From assembly GCA_963575745.1 (NCBI GenBank), contig CAUYUJ010000130.1:1-64000 (forward strand): a stretch of 64,000 nucleotides of DNA. Reading direction: 5' to 3'. The stretch's first letter is position 1, and every line of letters begins with the position of its first letter. Of this stretch, positions 46,948 to 58,550 are shown piece by piece. The translations under genes were made by a program, and so were the position numbers. Below the pieces are notes generated by a model that saw nothing but the letters and a program-made list of their open reading frames with translations, made no database searches and was not told the DNA's origin. This stretch comes from Prorocentrum cordatum (taxonomy: Eukaryota).

Positions 46948-48336
46948 AGATGGCAGGGCGACGTCGCCCCCTCGTCGTCTTGCCTGATGGCTGAAAAGCC
47001 GGGGGGTAACAAGGACAGCGGGGCAACCTTCCTTAGTAAGAGGGCTTTTGTCATTGAAGATACGAGGGAGGCATGTGCCGACCTCCGCACACGAGGTTAT
47101 ATGTGTGACCGTATTTCCCACAACGAACTTATGACAAGCGTGGGCACAAACTATCTAGGTGCGGTGATCAGTGGAGATTACACTCTCATATGGATCAGTA
47201 CTCCGGGTGACTGGTATATACGAACTCCAGGAAAGAGAGTGGCCCCACACTGGTCACGTATCCAGAACCTGTTGGTAAAAGCCAAGAAACTCCGCATGAA
47301 AATCATCATATTCGGTCCCCCAGGATATGTTTGGAAGTTATCTCCAGTACGTGATACTCTGGAAGATCTAAAGTTGTCAGTAATACTGATGCGTTTGTGT
47401 CATTTCGGTATTCGGTTCAATATGCAAGACAATACACCAAGTGGTACATATATGCAGGTAGCATCATCGATACCGATTAGCTCGAAGCTGTGGACATGTA
47501 CCTGTAAGCAGGCCATACCACAACATGTGTTGGACTGGTACGGCCATACGGTACGACATGCTGAATGGCGGGCTCAGACACGTACTACACTCATCCGTTA
47601 CCTAAACGACAAAATCCTGGGGAGTACCACCACGCACGGAAACGTGCCCGTATACTTAGATACGTATACACGTACAGACCATAATACTCGTCATTACGTG
47701 ACTACTCATAAAGGAGGACCAAAATGGTCTGAAGTTATCCGACGTGTAACAATCAACTTGGATACCAACGCGGTTATTCAAGATATCTCAGTTACCGATC
47801 AACCAACAGGGTATGATTGGCATGCACCATTACCTGCAGGGGTTGCCAACATCAGTACTCGGTTGTATTGGCAACCCGAGAAACCGGTCTTGCTCGGAAA
47901 CGAGCCTACTCAATCACCACAGAAACATAGACGCGTCATCATAGATGACTGTTCTCTCCCCCTCCCGACTCTGGCGATTGACGCATGTACCCATTCCACC
48001 ACGACAATGAGTACACAGACCGACGAACAAAACGAGCAAGCTTTACCCACTGAGTTGCGTATAAAGCAGAAGGAAAGGCTCAAAGCCGAAAAGGAAGCAG
48101 GCATCAAGCCTCGCCGCATTAAAAAGCACGTCGAAGACGGAAATGACGATTGCGGCGACGACTTGTCAGGACTCGGACAGGATCTTATGGCAACCTGGAG
48201 TACTGACGCCCCTGTCGAGCTGATAAGCTCCGACGAGGGCGAGGACCTGTTCCTTGCCCCCCCCACATCTATGCCCGACACACACGCTGACATATACAGC
48301 ATAGTTGCTACACTATGCTATGGCCATAACAATTGC

Positions 48337-48960
48337 GTGGATATGTTGGAGCTTTGTGGTGGTGAGGGTGGCATCTCAGAGCTTGCCTTCTCAAGGGGAC
48401 TGTCCTCAGGCGGCAACTTGGACAAGACTACATATGTCGACCTGGGAGACCCCTCGGTGCAGCAGGTGGTAGATCACTACTTCAAGATATGCTACGTACG
48501 AGTTGCCATACTGCAACCCAGCTGCCGCACCACAGGACCACCATCTTACTATAACTACAAAGTCAACTATAACACTTGGGAACAGCACCACAGAGAAGAC
48601 TTACCACACATAATCTATTGTGGTAGAATTGCTGTTACCCAAGATGACGCTCAGAGGTGGTTTATACGCGAACAACCGACAGGAACATGGGTGGACGATA
48701 TTTCTCCATGGACGAAGCTTACCGACCGACCACACATCACGACCGTACGCATTGATCAATGCGCTACTGGACTTAAAGATACGACTGGTGACTATATTAA
48801 GAAGCCGACAAATATCACCAGCAACGACAAGACAATTCTTTAACCCTTTGAGCGACTCAAGTGCAACGGTCAGCATGTGCACGCACAACCGTGCAACACC
48901 GAGCTTTCACTGGCACAAAAATACACTCGACGACTGCAGTCTGCCTTCGTGGAAGCCGTC
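48337..48960 (+). pseudogene. Cytosine-C5 DNA methyltransferase-like domain (in-frame TAA at 48841)
   Basis: MLELCGGEGG (motif I-like), ILQPSC (catalytic PC-like), FIREQP (motif VI-like), DQC..GL, KKPT, C.G.H.H and AQKY. Confidence 0.65.
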
Positions 48961-49740
48961 TACTTGGCGAAAGCCATTGACACCACGCGCGGAAACGCGC
49001 CTATAAATACTGCACATGCTTATCCTGCCGACCTTCCTGAGCAAGCTGAACTAGGTGAAGGTATGAGACGCATCGGTGATCGTATCATCCCAAAGGTGGC
49101 TACGTGCCCGGCATGCATCGACAACGTCCGAAAGGACAGTCCTAGCCATAACAGGGACCCTACGCAGTGCAAATATCATGACTCTATCTCTGTATACTGG
49201 CCATGTCCAGCATGTCAGAGGGATCTTACGAGAAGCAAGGGTGTTAAGAATCACCTTGATACCGAACCTGGTAAATGTCGTTTTGCTGAACCATTTAAAC
49301 TACCAGACGACCACGACCCCGAAGGCAAAACCGTGCCAGCTTGGTGGGAACCCTTACCTAAACCTGGTGAGGGCCAAGCTTCAGCTTCAGGTGGCCGCCA
49401 AGGCGCACACGCCAGGCCACCACGACCACGTTCCTTCGGTAACGTCGATCCGACATCTGGTACCAGCAGCTACGACCTGCTACGACACGCCCCCGAGCGT
49501 GAAAACACGCCTTCTGCGTCTTCTAGCGATACGCCACAGGTAGCGGCCCGCCGCGGACGTCTACAAGGCGTACCACCACCTCCAGACGCAGTCAACACAG
49601 GGGATCAACTACGCAGAGCTACAAGGAACCCCCTTGCCTCCACCGGCTCTGGGGCTCCACGACTACCCGACTGGACGAGATTTGACATCCAACACAGTCT
49701 ACAGAGTCTCCGTAGTCACGAACCCCATGTTGTGAAAAAA

Positions 49741-50420
49741 GGAACTCCGAAAACTGCATCTGCGATGGTATCATGCGAAGGAGCCAAAGATGAGGCTAAT
49801 CCTCGAAAAGGTGGGGCTTGATAACGTTCGACTGAACATGATCAAGGAAATATGCGACACCTGTCGGGAATGTAGAGCATGGGAACGTCCAGGAAACTCG
49901 ACATTACCATCGGTAAGCCTCCCTGGCAACTGGCTCGATGAAGGGGAAATGGACCTCATGTTTTACAAGAAACGGACCATATTTCATGTTATGGATCGTT
50001 GTATTCGCTTGACAGCAGGCCTTGAAATTTCCGACAGAGAACGCGACACAATCATCGATGCCTACCACTACTGCTGGATTGCCTATCACGGACCCTTCAA
50101 AGTTTTATACTCAGATGGAGAAGGCGCCCTGAATAATGAGGCCGCTAAAAGCATGATGGCCAATAAGGGCGCGGAACTTCGTATCCGAGCACCGGGCCAA
50201 CACGCGACTTCAATTGAGTCACGAAACGGCATTCTCAGAGGCGTCCTCCACATGATTGAGGAAGAATTGAATACACACAACATCCCTGTTGTATTCACTA
50301 GAGTATTGGCGGAAGGCATCTTCGTTACTAATGCGTTTACGTTTTATAACGGAGTATCGCCATATCAGGCACAAACAGGACGTCAGCCCTCCTTCCTTCC
50401 TGATCTCGATACCCTTGACT
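49741..50420 (+). CDS. Integrase (HHCC + DDE core)
   Basis: Upstream of the track ATG, the frame reads ELRKLHLRWYH...CDTCREC. Core motifs EMDLMF, YSDGEG and IESRNG. Confidence 0.85.
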
Positions 50421-51759
50421 TTCCCAAGGGACCCGAGACTTCAGGACACGAACGAGAACGTCGTGTAAGGGAAGTCAGCCTCGAAGCCATAACTCAGGCT
50501 ACTGCTGTAGCCAAGACAAATCGGGCTCTTAGGGCGAAGACGACTCCTGATGGTGCTCGCCTCTACTCATCAGGGGATTTGGTCGACTACCACCGACCTA
50601 CTGCCACCAAGGACGACCATGGAGGCTGGAACGGCCCATTCCCGGTGATCCGAAACGTGCCTGTAAGAGGACATATTGTTGTCAAGGCAGGATCTCGTGA
50701 GGTAATTGTGATGTATCCTGATGCTCGTCACACACTATACATCGAATGTCTCCTCACGCGGGAACTTGGCATGGATAACATGGCCATGCAAACCGTCCTT
50801 GCCTATGTGGCACATCTCAGTGCAGGGAAACCTGCCAAAGTTTTCGGGTATATTCCCGACTACAAGGGAAACCTTAACCTGTCAGACGATAGCAAGTTTC
50901 ACCCGCGCGCACACCTAGCACTACAGTATCTCGTACGAAATTACTTCAGAGTGGAACATGTAGTAGCAGTTCGATTGGCTAAGAGTGTGTCAAGCCTACC
51001 TGCAGTAAAGTACGCCACCGGGTCTACGCTGATCCACTATGACAATGACATTAGCCCGGCGTTCCACTACTATGAATGTGTGGGCACCGGCCTAAACATC
51101 TCTCAGATTACTGGTAGCACTCACTCCAGACTTATTCAATGCTTGACTTCACGTGTCCCTTCCTTAGGATTTCACGATGACCTGGCTAAATATCAGCATC
51201 CAAGCAATACGTCTGGAGAACACGAGTCGCCTGGAAACAGGCCTTCTCCAGACACACCAGATGCTTCATCGCCTAGCGAAGGCCGTCTGTCGACAATCTA
51301 CGAGGAAGATGAGGAACACAATATCGAAGCCATGATGCTGGAAGAGTGGTACGACGAACTACGTATGGACCTTCATCCTACGACGATTACAGATGATTAT
51401 CTCTATTGCGTCCCAACAACTATGCTGCCTAACCAATGCGTTTTGGTTTCAGCATTTGCGGACGAAGATGATATTACATCATCAGATATGCTCGGAGACG
51501 AGCCTAGATTATGTGAGTCTTGTCTGGTATCTCTTTGTTCGAACACAAACGACGAGAGCTATTCCCTAGACAGTGATGAATATGGTCCTTACGTTGAACT
51601 ATGCTTTACATCAGAAATGTCAAAAATAGTGTTGGATCAGACCCAACTTGCACAGCTCGATACCGATATGGTCGCAACGATGAGAGTATATGTATCCAGT
51701 GCTGCTAAACGTGCTGTGGTTGTCAAAGAAGATGACCTACTGACCAAAGCCGACATAGC

Positions 51760-53355
51760 AGCACATCCAAAGGAGGTTAGTGAAGCCTTATATACTGAGC
51801 TCAAGATCTGGATTGATAACCGATGCTTTGAGATGTACGACTTATCCAAAGCTTCCAACATCATGACATCCAGATATGTATACAAGTGGAAGTTCGTAAA
51901 GATGGGCACCGAGAACGTTAAAACCATTCGTCTCAGATTGGTCCTTCGTGGAATTATGGATACTGAGGCCTTTGATGTGGAAACATTCTCGGGAACCGCC
52001 CGAAGGCAGTCTCAACGACTCTTGGCAAGTGAAGCGGCATGTCATCCAGAGTGGATCTTAGCATCCATGGATATCGATAAGGCATTCCTAAAAGGTTTGA
52101 CCTACGAGGAACTTGCCCATGCCACTGGCGAGGAAACTCGCATGGTCTGCTTTACTCTTCCACCAGGAAGCGCTCAGGTACTTCGTGCCCTACCCGGCTT
52201 CTCATCCTACGACGAAAGTCGACGCTGTCTTAGGTGCCTCAAACCAGGAACGGGTACTAAGGACGCCCCAAGAGCGCTCTTTCTCAAATTCGTACGACCA
52301 CACGAGCTATAGGACTTTCACCGACTAGCTACGATCCTGAATTTGAATTCAGCCAATATCTTCTGACTGCAAAACATGTCGATGACATTAATATGACAGG
52401 TCTAGAGAAAAATATCGACGACTATGTACAACGCGTCGAAAAGGTTTTTGGCAAATGCAAGCTCAACAAGCACACATATACGAACTGTGCCGTCCGCTAC
52501 ACTAAGAATGATCAGGGAGATGTGATCATGGACCTGGACGAGTATATCAAACAACTACGTCCCATCACACATCCAGAACTTACAGGAGCGGCGGCCGACG
52601 CCAAAGCCACGAAACTTATTACCGACATGTTCGTCAGCCTGCGAGGAGCCCTCGCCTATGCCCTTCTTATTCAAATCTGGCTTATGGTATATGTGGTCTC
52701 TCTTCAGAAAATTCAAGAGCCCACCAATTTACAAGTCAGCCGTTTGAATGCTGTGACGCGAAAGCTGATCAGCAGTCCGAAACGTATCACCTTCCCTCGG
52801 ATGAAGCCGACGAATGAAGTCGACATCCATAGCGATTCGGGATATCGGAAGCTTACCGGGGAGGAGGATGACGAGACCAAGGGCTACGGCATTCGCGGGG
52901 CCAACGTACTACGGCGAGGAAACTCGCCTCAAGGCAAGTCCGTCGTTCGTGACGGACAATGCAAATCACACCGATTACAGGTGAGGTCCAGTTATGCTGC
53001 GGAGGCACTTGCAGCCGCACATAAACTTGATGAGTGTTACCCTACGCTCATTACTCTCCATGAGCTTAAGGCAGGGGCCTTGACTCCACGACAACTACGA
53101 GATATGCGTGAAGTTGGAGGCCTTGCTATCAAAGTCTCTCTGACCATAGACGCTGAGTCCGTCTACAAATATTTATCAAGCAGGGATCTCAAAATACCCA
53201 CAGAACGGACTCTGCTTGGACATATCAGTTGGATACGTGAGCTTATGGATATAGGTATAGTACATAACGTGCAATGGTGTGATACTAGGGATATGACCGC
53301 AGATGGGCATACAAAGGGAAGCATCGATCGGGAGCTGCTTCTGGAAGTGATGTAA
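51760..53355 (+). pseudogene. Copia-type reverse transcriptase and RNase H (frameshift near 52285)
   Basis: RT: SRYVYKWK, RLRLVLRG, MDIDKAFLKG, GTKDAPRA, then in the next frame KHVDD (~52375). RNase H: HSDSG, RSSYAAE, IDAESV, WCDTRDMTADGHTK. Confidence 0.9.
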
Positions 53356-53814
53356 GGCACTCAGTCATTTAAGTATGACGTGAAGCAATTTGTTCCCTTT
53401 CGGGGTCCCGAGGACAGAGACAAACCCAAGTCTAATCAATTTTAGTCTGTCCTTGTTGCCCTCGCGGTCCAGTTTGCCAGCACGGGCGCCTATTATAAAG
53501 GCGCCCCTTTAGCTGCTCGGAAACGAGCCTTATATTTCACGCCTGGCAACGAGCCGGCTTCGTACAACTCAGGCTCTTTGCCTTAATACACATTTGCTTG
53601 GTGAGGTATGGCTTAATTTTGGCTTACCTCTAACTGAGCCGATAGCCCTTCATTGTTTGAAGGGGCTGTCCTGTATTTGCGTGAAATACTTTGCGAGGAA
53701 ACTCGCCTTACATTCTGGCGTTTGGCCAGTTTGTACGCACTGTTTTCATTTCTTTGCAAACAGTCGTGCGCGCGAATTTTGCGTGCGACTATGCTCTCCG
53801 TCTCCTCCCCTCCC

Positions 53815-54118
53815 GACTTTAAGGGTAGCTTTTTGGGAGATGTTACAGTATCGGGAGCATAGCTCACGCGCCGCTGCCTTGGGCTCAAGGCACGCGCGCC
53901 CTATTTGCCCGGACACCGCGAGTGTTCGCTATGTGCTGGAAAGATCATTACATCGATCTTATCCTATCTTATCCGCCCACCCCTCATACTGTACCTTCAC
54001 AGCTACAGCAGAGCGATGGACGCTATTTGCCATCCGATGTCCACGGTCAGCGCCTTGGAATCGGATGCTATATGACAGGCTATATGCCTTATTTGAGTTA
54101 CCAAGCTCACTTTCGACT
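53815..54118 (+). repeat. 3' LTR
   Basis: Direct repeat of 38021-38324. GGCC flanks the element on both sides (38017-20, 54119-22), a possible TSD. Confidence 0.93.
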
Positions 54119-55123
54119 GGCCGGGCCTGTGCCAGGCTAGTTTTTCACCAACAGTCACACACTTCGTGCTCGTCGACCTCTCAGAACCCCACTCCCAGGC
54201 CACATTCTGAATAACCGGATGCAACAGTCACACACTTCGTTCTCTTCGACTTCCCAGAACTCCATTCCCGGGCCACATTCTGAATGCCCGGAGCCAACTG
54301 TACGCCACTTCGTGCTCTTCGAGTCCCCAGAACTCCATTCCCGGGCCACATTTTGAATGCCCGGAGCCAACTGTAGGCCACTTTGTGTTCTTCGAGTTCC
54401 CAGAACTCCATTCCCGGGCCAGATTTTGGATGCCCGGAGCCAACTGTAGGCCACTTCGTGGTCTTCGAGTTCCCAGAACTCCATTCCCGGGCCAGATTTT
54501 GTATGCCCGGAGCCAACTGTAGGCCACTTCGTGGTCTTCGAGTTCCCAGAACTCCATTCCTGGGCATGAATTTGAATGCCCGGAGCCAACTGTAGGCCAT
54601 TCCCGGGCCAGATTTTGGATGCCCGGAGCCAACTGTAGGCCACTTCGTGTTCTTCGAGTTCCCAGAACTCCATTCCTGGGGATAAATTTGAATGTAGGCC
54701 ACTTCGTGTTCTTCGAGTTCCCAGAACTACATTCCCGGGCCACATTTTGAATGCTGAGGCAGGCTGAGGCTGAGGCTGAGGCAGGCTGAGGCTGAAGCAG
54801 GCTGAGGCTGAGGCTGAGGCAGGCTGAGGCTGAGGCTGAGGCAGGCTGATGCTGAGCCAGGCTGAGGCTGAGGCTGAGGCAGAGGCAGGCTGAGGCTGCG
54901 GCTGAGGCAGGCTGAGGCTGAGGCAGGCTGAGGCTGAGGCTGAGGCAGGCTGAGGTTGAGGCTGTGACTGCGACTGCCGTTGCCGCTGCGACTGTCATCG
55001 CGAATGCGACTACGACTGCGAGAACAGCAGAATTCTACAACTGGATTTTCATCTGAATCTTAAGAGGAATGCTTTCAGATATGCTTCTACACATCGCTGT
55101 TAGGTTGCTTTGCCGGGATAATT

Positions 55124-57476
55124 TACCTAACAGCGTAGACTGATAGGTTTCTAGTTGACTCAAAAGAGCTCACAGATCACTCCACAGGGGGGTCCGGGCA
55201 GGCGTTGGGAGTTGCCGGCCGGCAGGGTGCCGGGCCTGTGCCGGGCTCGTTTTCACCAACAGTCACACACTTCGTGCTCGTCGACCTCTCAGAACCCCAT
55301 TCAACAGTCACACACTTCGTGCTCTTCGACCTCCCAGAACTCCATTCCCGGGCCACATTCTGAATGCCCGGAGCCAACTGTAGGCCACTTCGTGCTCTTC
55401 GAGTTCCCAGAACTCCATTCCCGGGCCACATTTTGAATGCCCGGAGCCAACTGTAGGCCACTTCGTGGTCTTCGAGTTCCAAGAACTCCATTCCTGGGCA
55501 TGATTTTGAATGCCCGGAGCCAACTGTAGGCCACTTCGTGGTCTTCGAGTTCCCAGAACTCCATTCCTGGGCATAATTTTGAATGCCCGGAGCCAACTGT
55601 AGGCCACTTCGTGGTGTTCGAGTTCCCAGAACTCCATTCCTGGGCATGATTTTGAATGCCCGGAGCCAACTGTAGGCCACTTCGTGTTCTTCTAGTTCCC
55701 AGAACTACATTCCTGGGCCACATTTTGAATGCTGAGGCAGGCTGATGCTGCGGCCGAGGCAGGCTGAGGCTGAGGCAGGCTGAGGCTGAGGCCGAGGCTG
55801 AAGGCAGACTGAGGCTGAGGCTAAAGCAGGCTGAGGCTGAGGCTGAGGCAGGCTGAGGCTGAGGCTGAGGCAGGCTGAGGCTGAGGCAGGCTGAGGCTGA
55901 GGCTGAGGCTGATGCAGGCTGAGGCTGAGGCAGGCTGAGGCTGAGGCCGAGGCTGAAGGCAGACTGAGGCTGAGGCTGAAGCAGGCTGAGGCTGAGGCTG
56001 AGGCAGGCTGAGGCCGAGGCTGAAGGCAGGCTGATGCTGAGGCAGGCTGAGGCTGAGGCTGAGGCTGATGCAGGCTGAGGTTGAGGCAGTCTGAGGCTGA
56101 GGCCGAAGCTGAAGGCAGACTGATGCTGAGGCTGAAGCAGGCTGAGGCTGAGGCTGAGGCAGGCTGAGGCTGAGGCAGGCTGAGGCTGAGGCTGAGGCAG
56201 GCTGAGGCTGAGGCAGGCTGAGGCTGAGGCTGAGGCTGATGCAGGCTGAGGCCGAGGCAGGCTGAGGCTGAGGCCGAGGCTGAAGGCAGACTGAGGCTGA
56301 GGCTGAAGCAGGCTGAGGCTGAGGCTGAGGCAGGCTGAGGCTGAGGCTGATGCAGGCTGATGCTGAGGCAGGCTGAGGCTGAGGCTGAGGCTGATGCAGG
56401 CTGAGGCTGAGGCAGGCTGAGGCTGAGGCCTAGGCTGAAGGCAGACTGAGGCTGAGGCTGAAGCAGGCTGAGGCTGAGGCTGAGGCAGGCTGAGGCTGAG
56501 GCTGATGCAGGCTGATGCTGAGGCAGGCTGAGGCTGAGGCTGAGGCTGATGCAGGCTGAGGCTGAGGCAGGCTGAGGCTGAGGCCGAGGCTGAAGGCAGA
56601 CTGAGGCTGAGGCTGAAGCAGGGTGAGGCTGAGGCTGAGGCAGGCTGAGGCTGAGGCAGGCTGAGGCTGAGGCTGAGGCAGGCTGATGCTGAGGCAGGCT
56701 GAGGCTGAGCCTGAGGCTGAGGCAGGCTGAGGCTGAGGCAGGCTGAGGCTGAGGCCGAGGCTGAAGGCAGACTGAGGCTGAGGCTGAAGTAGGCTGAGGC
56801 TGAGGCTGAGGCAGGTGAGGCTGAGGCTGAGGCTGAGGCAGGCGATGCTGAGGCAGGCTGAGGCTGAGGCTGGAGGCTGATGCAGGTGGAGGGTTGAGCA
56901 GGCTGAGGCTCTGCAGCCGAGGCGACGGCAGACTGAGGCTGAGCTGCCGTCAGTGAGGCTGCAGGCAGAGGCAGCTGAGGCTGAGGCTGAGGCAGGCTGA
57001 GCTGAGGCAGGCTGAGGCTGAGCTGAGGCTGATGCTAGGGTGAGGCTGAGTTTTTTCAGGCTGAGCCGATTGGTGAAAGGAAGACTGTGTTGACGGCTGA
57101 AGCAGCTGAGGGCGAGGTGAGGCAGGCTACTTGAGGCTAGATGCAGGTTCCCCTGTGAGGGTCCGAGGCTTTGAGGCAGCCTCGAGGCCGAGGCTGACGC
57201 ACAGACTGATGTTGAAGGCTGAAGCAGGTCAGAGGGCGAGCGAGGCAGGCTGAGGCTGAGGCAGGCTGAGGCTGAGGCAGGCTGAGGCTGAGGCTGAGGC
57301 AGGCTGAGGCTGAGGCTGTGACTGCGACTGCTGTTGCCACTGCGACTGCCATCGCGAGTGCGACCACGACTGCGAGAACAGCAGAATTCTACAACAGGAT
57401 TCTTATCTGAATCTTAAGGGGAATGCTTCCAGATATGCTCCTACACATCGCTGTTAGGTTGCTTTGCCGGGATAAT
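55124..57476. mobile_element. Helentron/HINE-like copy D (head-to-tail with C)
   Basis: Junction GCCGGGATAAT-T-TACCTAACAGCG, followed by 73-bp repeats and a 1.6-kb (GCTGAG)n array. Confidence 0.7.
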
Positions 57477-57493
57477 TGTGTGTTTATTATTAT

Positions 57494-58550
57494 TACCTAA
57501 CAGCGTAGACTGATAGGTTTCTAGTAGGCTCAAAAGAGAGCAGCAGATGACTCCACAGGGGGGTCTGGGCAGCCGTTGGGGAGGTGTTGGGGTTTGCCGG
57601 CCGGGATCGTTTTTCGCATACAGTCCACCACACCTTCGTGCTCTTTCGACCTCCCAGAACACTCCATTCCCGGGCCCATTCTGAATGCCGGAGCCCAAAA
57701 ATGTTTTACACGCCACTTCGTGCTCTTCGCGCTCCCAGAAACTCCAGTTCCCCTACCAGTCAACGAAGAGGGATAGCCAAACTGTCAAGGCCCACCTTTC
57801 TTCTTCTCGGGTCTTCGAGTCCCCAGAAACTCCCAACTGCAGGCCACATTTGAATGCCGGAGCCAACTGTAGGCCACTTCGTGCTCTTCGAGTTCCCAGA
57901 CTCCATTCCCGGGCCCTCCATTCCCGGGCAGATTTTGGATGCCCGGAAGCAAACTGTAGGTCACTTCGTGGTCTTCGAGTTCCCAAAACTCCATTCCCGG
58001 GCCACATTTTGGATGCCCGGAGCAACTGTAGGCCACTTCGTGCTCTTCAAGTTCCCAGAACTCCATTCCTGGGCATGATTTTGAATGCCCGGAGCCAACT
58101 GTAGGCCACTTCGTGTTCTTCGAGTTCCCAGAAATCCATTCCCGGGCCACATTTTGAATGCTGAGGCAGGCTGAGGCTGAGGCTGAGGCAGGCTGATGCT
58201 GAGGCAGGCTGAGGCTGAGGCTGAGGCTGATGCAGGCTGAGGCTGAGGCAGCTTGAGGCTGAGGCCGAGGCTGAAGGCAGACTGAGGCTGAGGCTGAAGC
58301 AGGTTGAGGCTGAGGCTGAGGCAGGCTGAGGCTGAGGCTGAGGCAGGCTGAGGCTGACGCAGGCTGAGGCTGTAACTGCGACTGCCGTTGCCCCCCTGCG
58401 ACTGTGGTTTGTTTTGCCCCTACGACTGCTGAGAAACAACTCTTCATCCGGTTGCCTGCTGGATTCTCATCTGAATTTGAAGGGGAATGACACCATGCTG
58501 TCCAGAGATGCTACTACAAAATCGCTGTTAGGTTGCTTTGCCGGGATTTT
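57494..58550. mobile_element. Helentron/HINE-like copy E (degenerate)
   Basis: Same head, repeats and tail, with more noise. Confidence 0.6.

Larger units (their letters stand above)
38021..54118 (+). mobile_element. 16.1-kb Ty1/Copia-order LTR retrotransposon with extra cargo domains; this copy is disrupted
   Basis: Two 304-bp direct repeats, a PBS, and domain order Gag-PR-IN-RT-RNaseH. Lesions: 2 nonsense codons (46945, 48841), frame changes near 45330, 49735-40 and 52285, and a 136-bp insertion. Confidence 0.95.
37924..55122. mobile_element. Helentron/HINE-like copy C, split by the LTR retrotransposon (37924-38020 and 54119-55122)
   Basis: The head matches the uninterrupted copy D (55124-55220) almost base for base, and the body resumes right after the 3' LTR. 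Confidence 0.75.
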
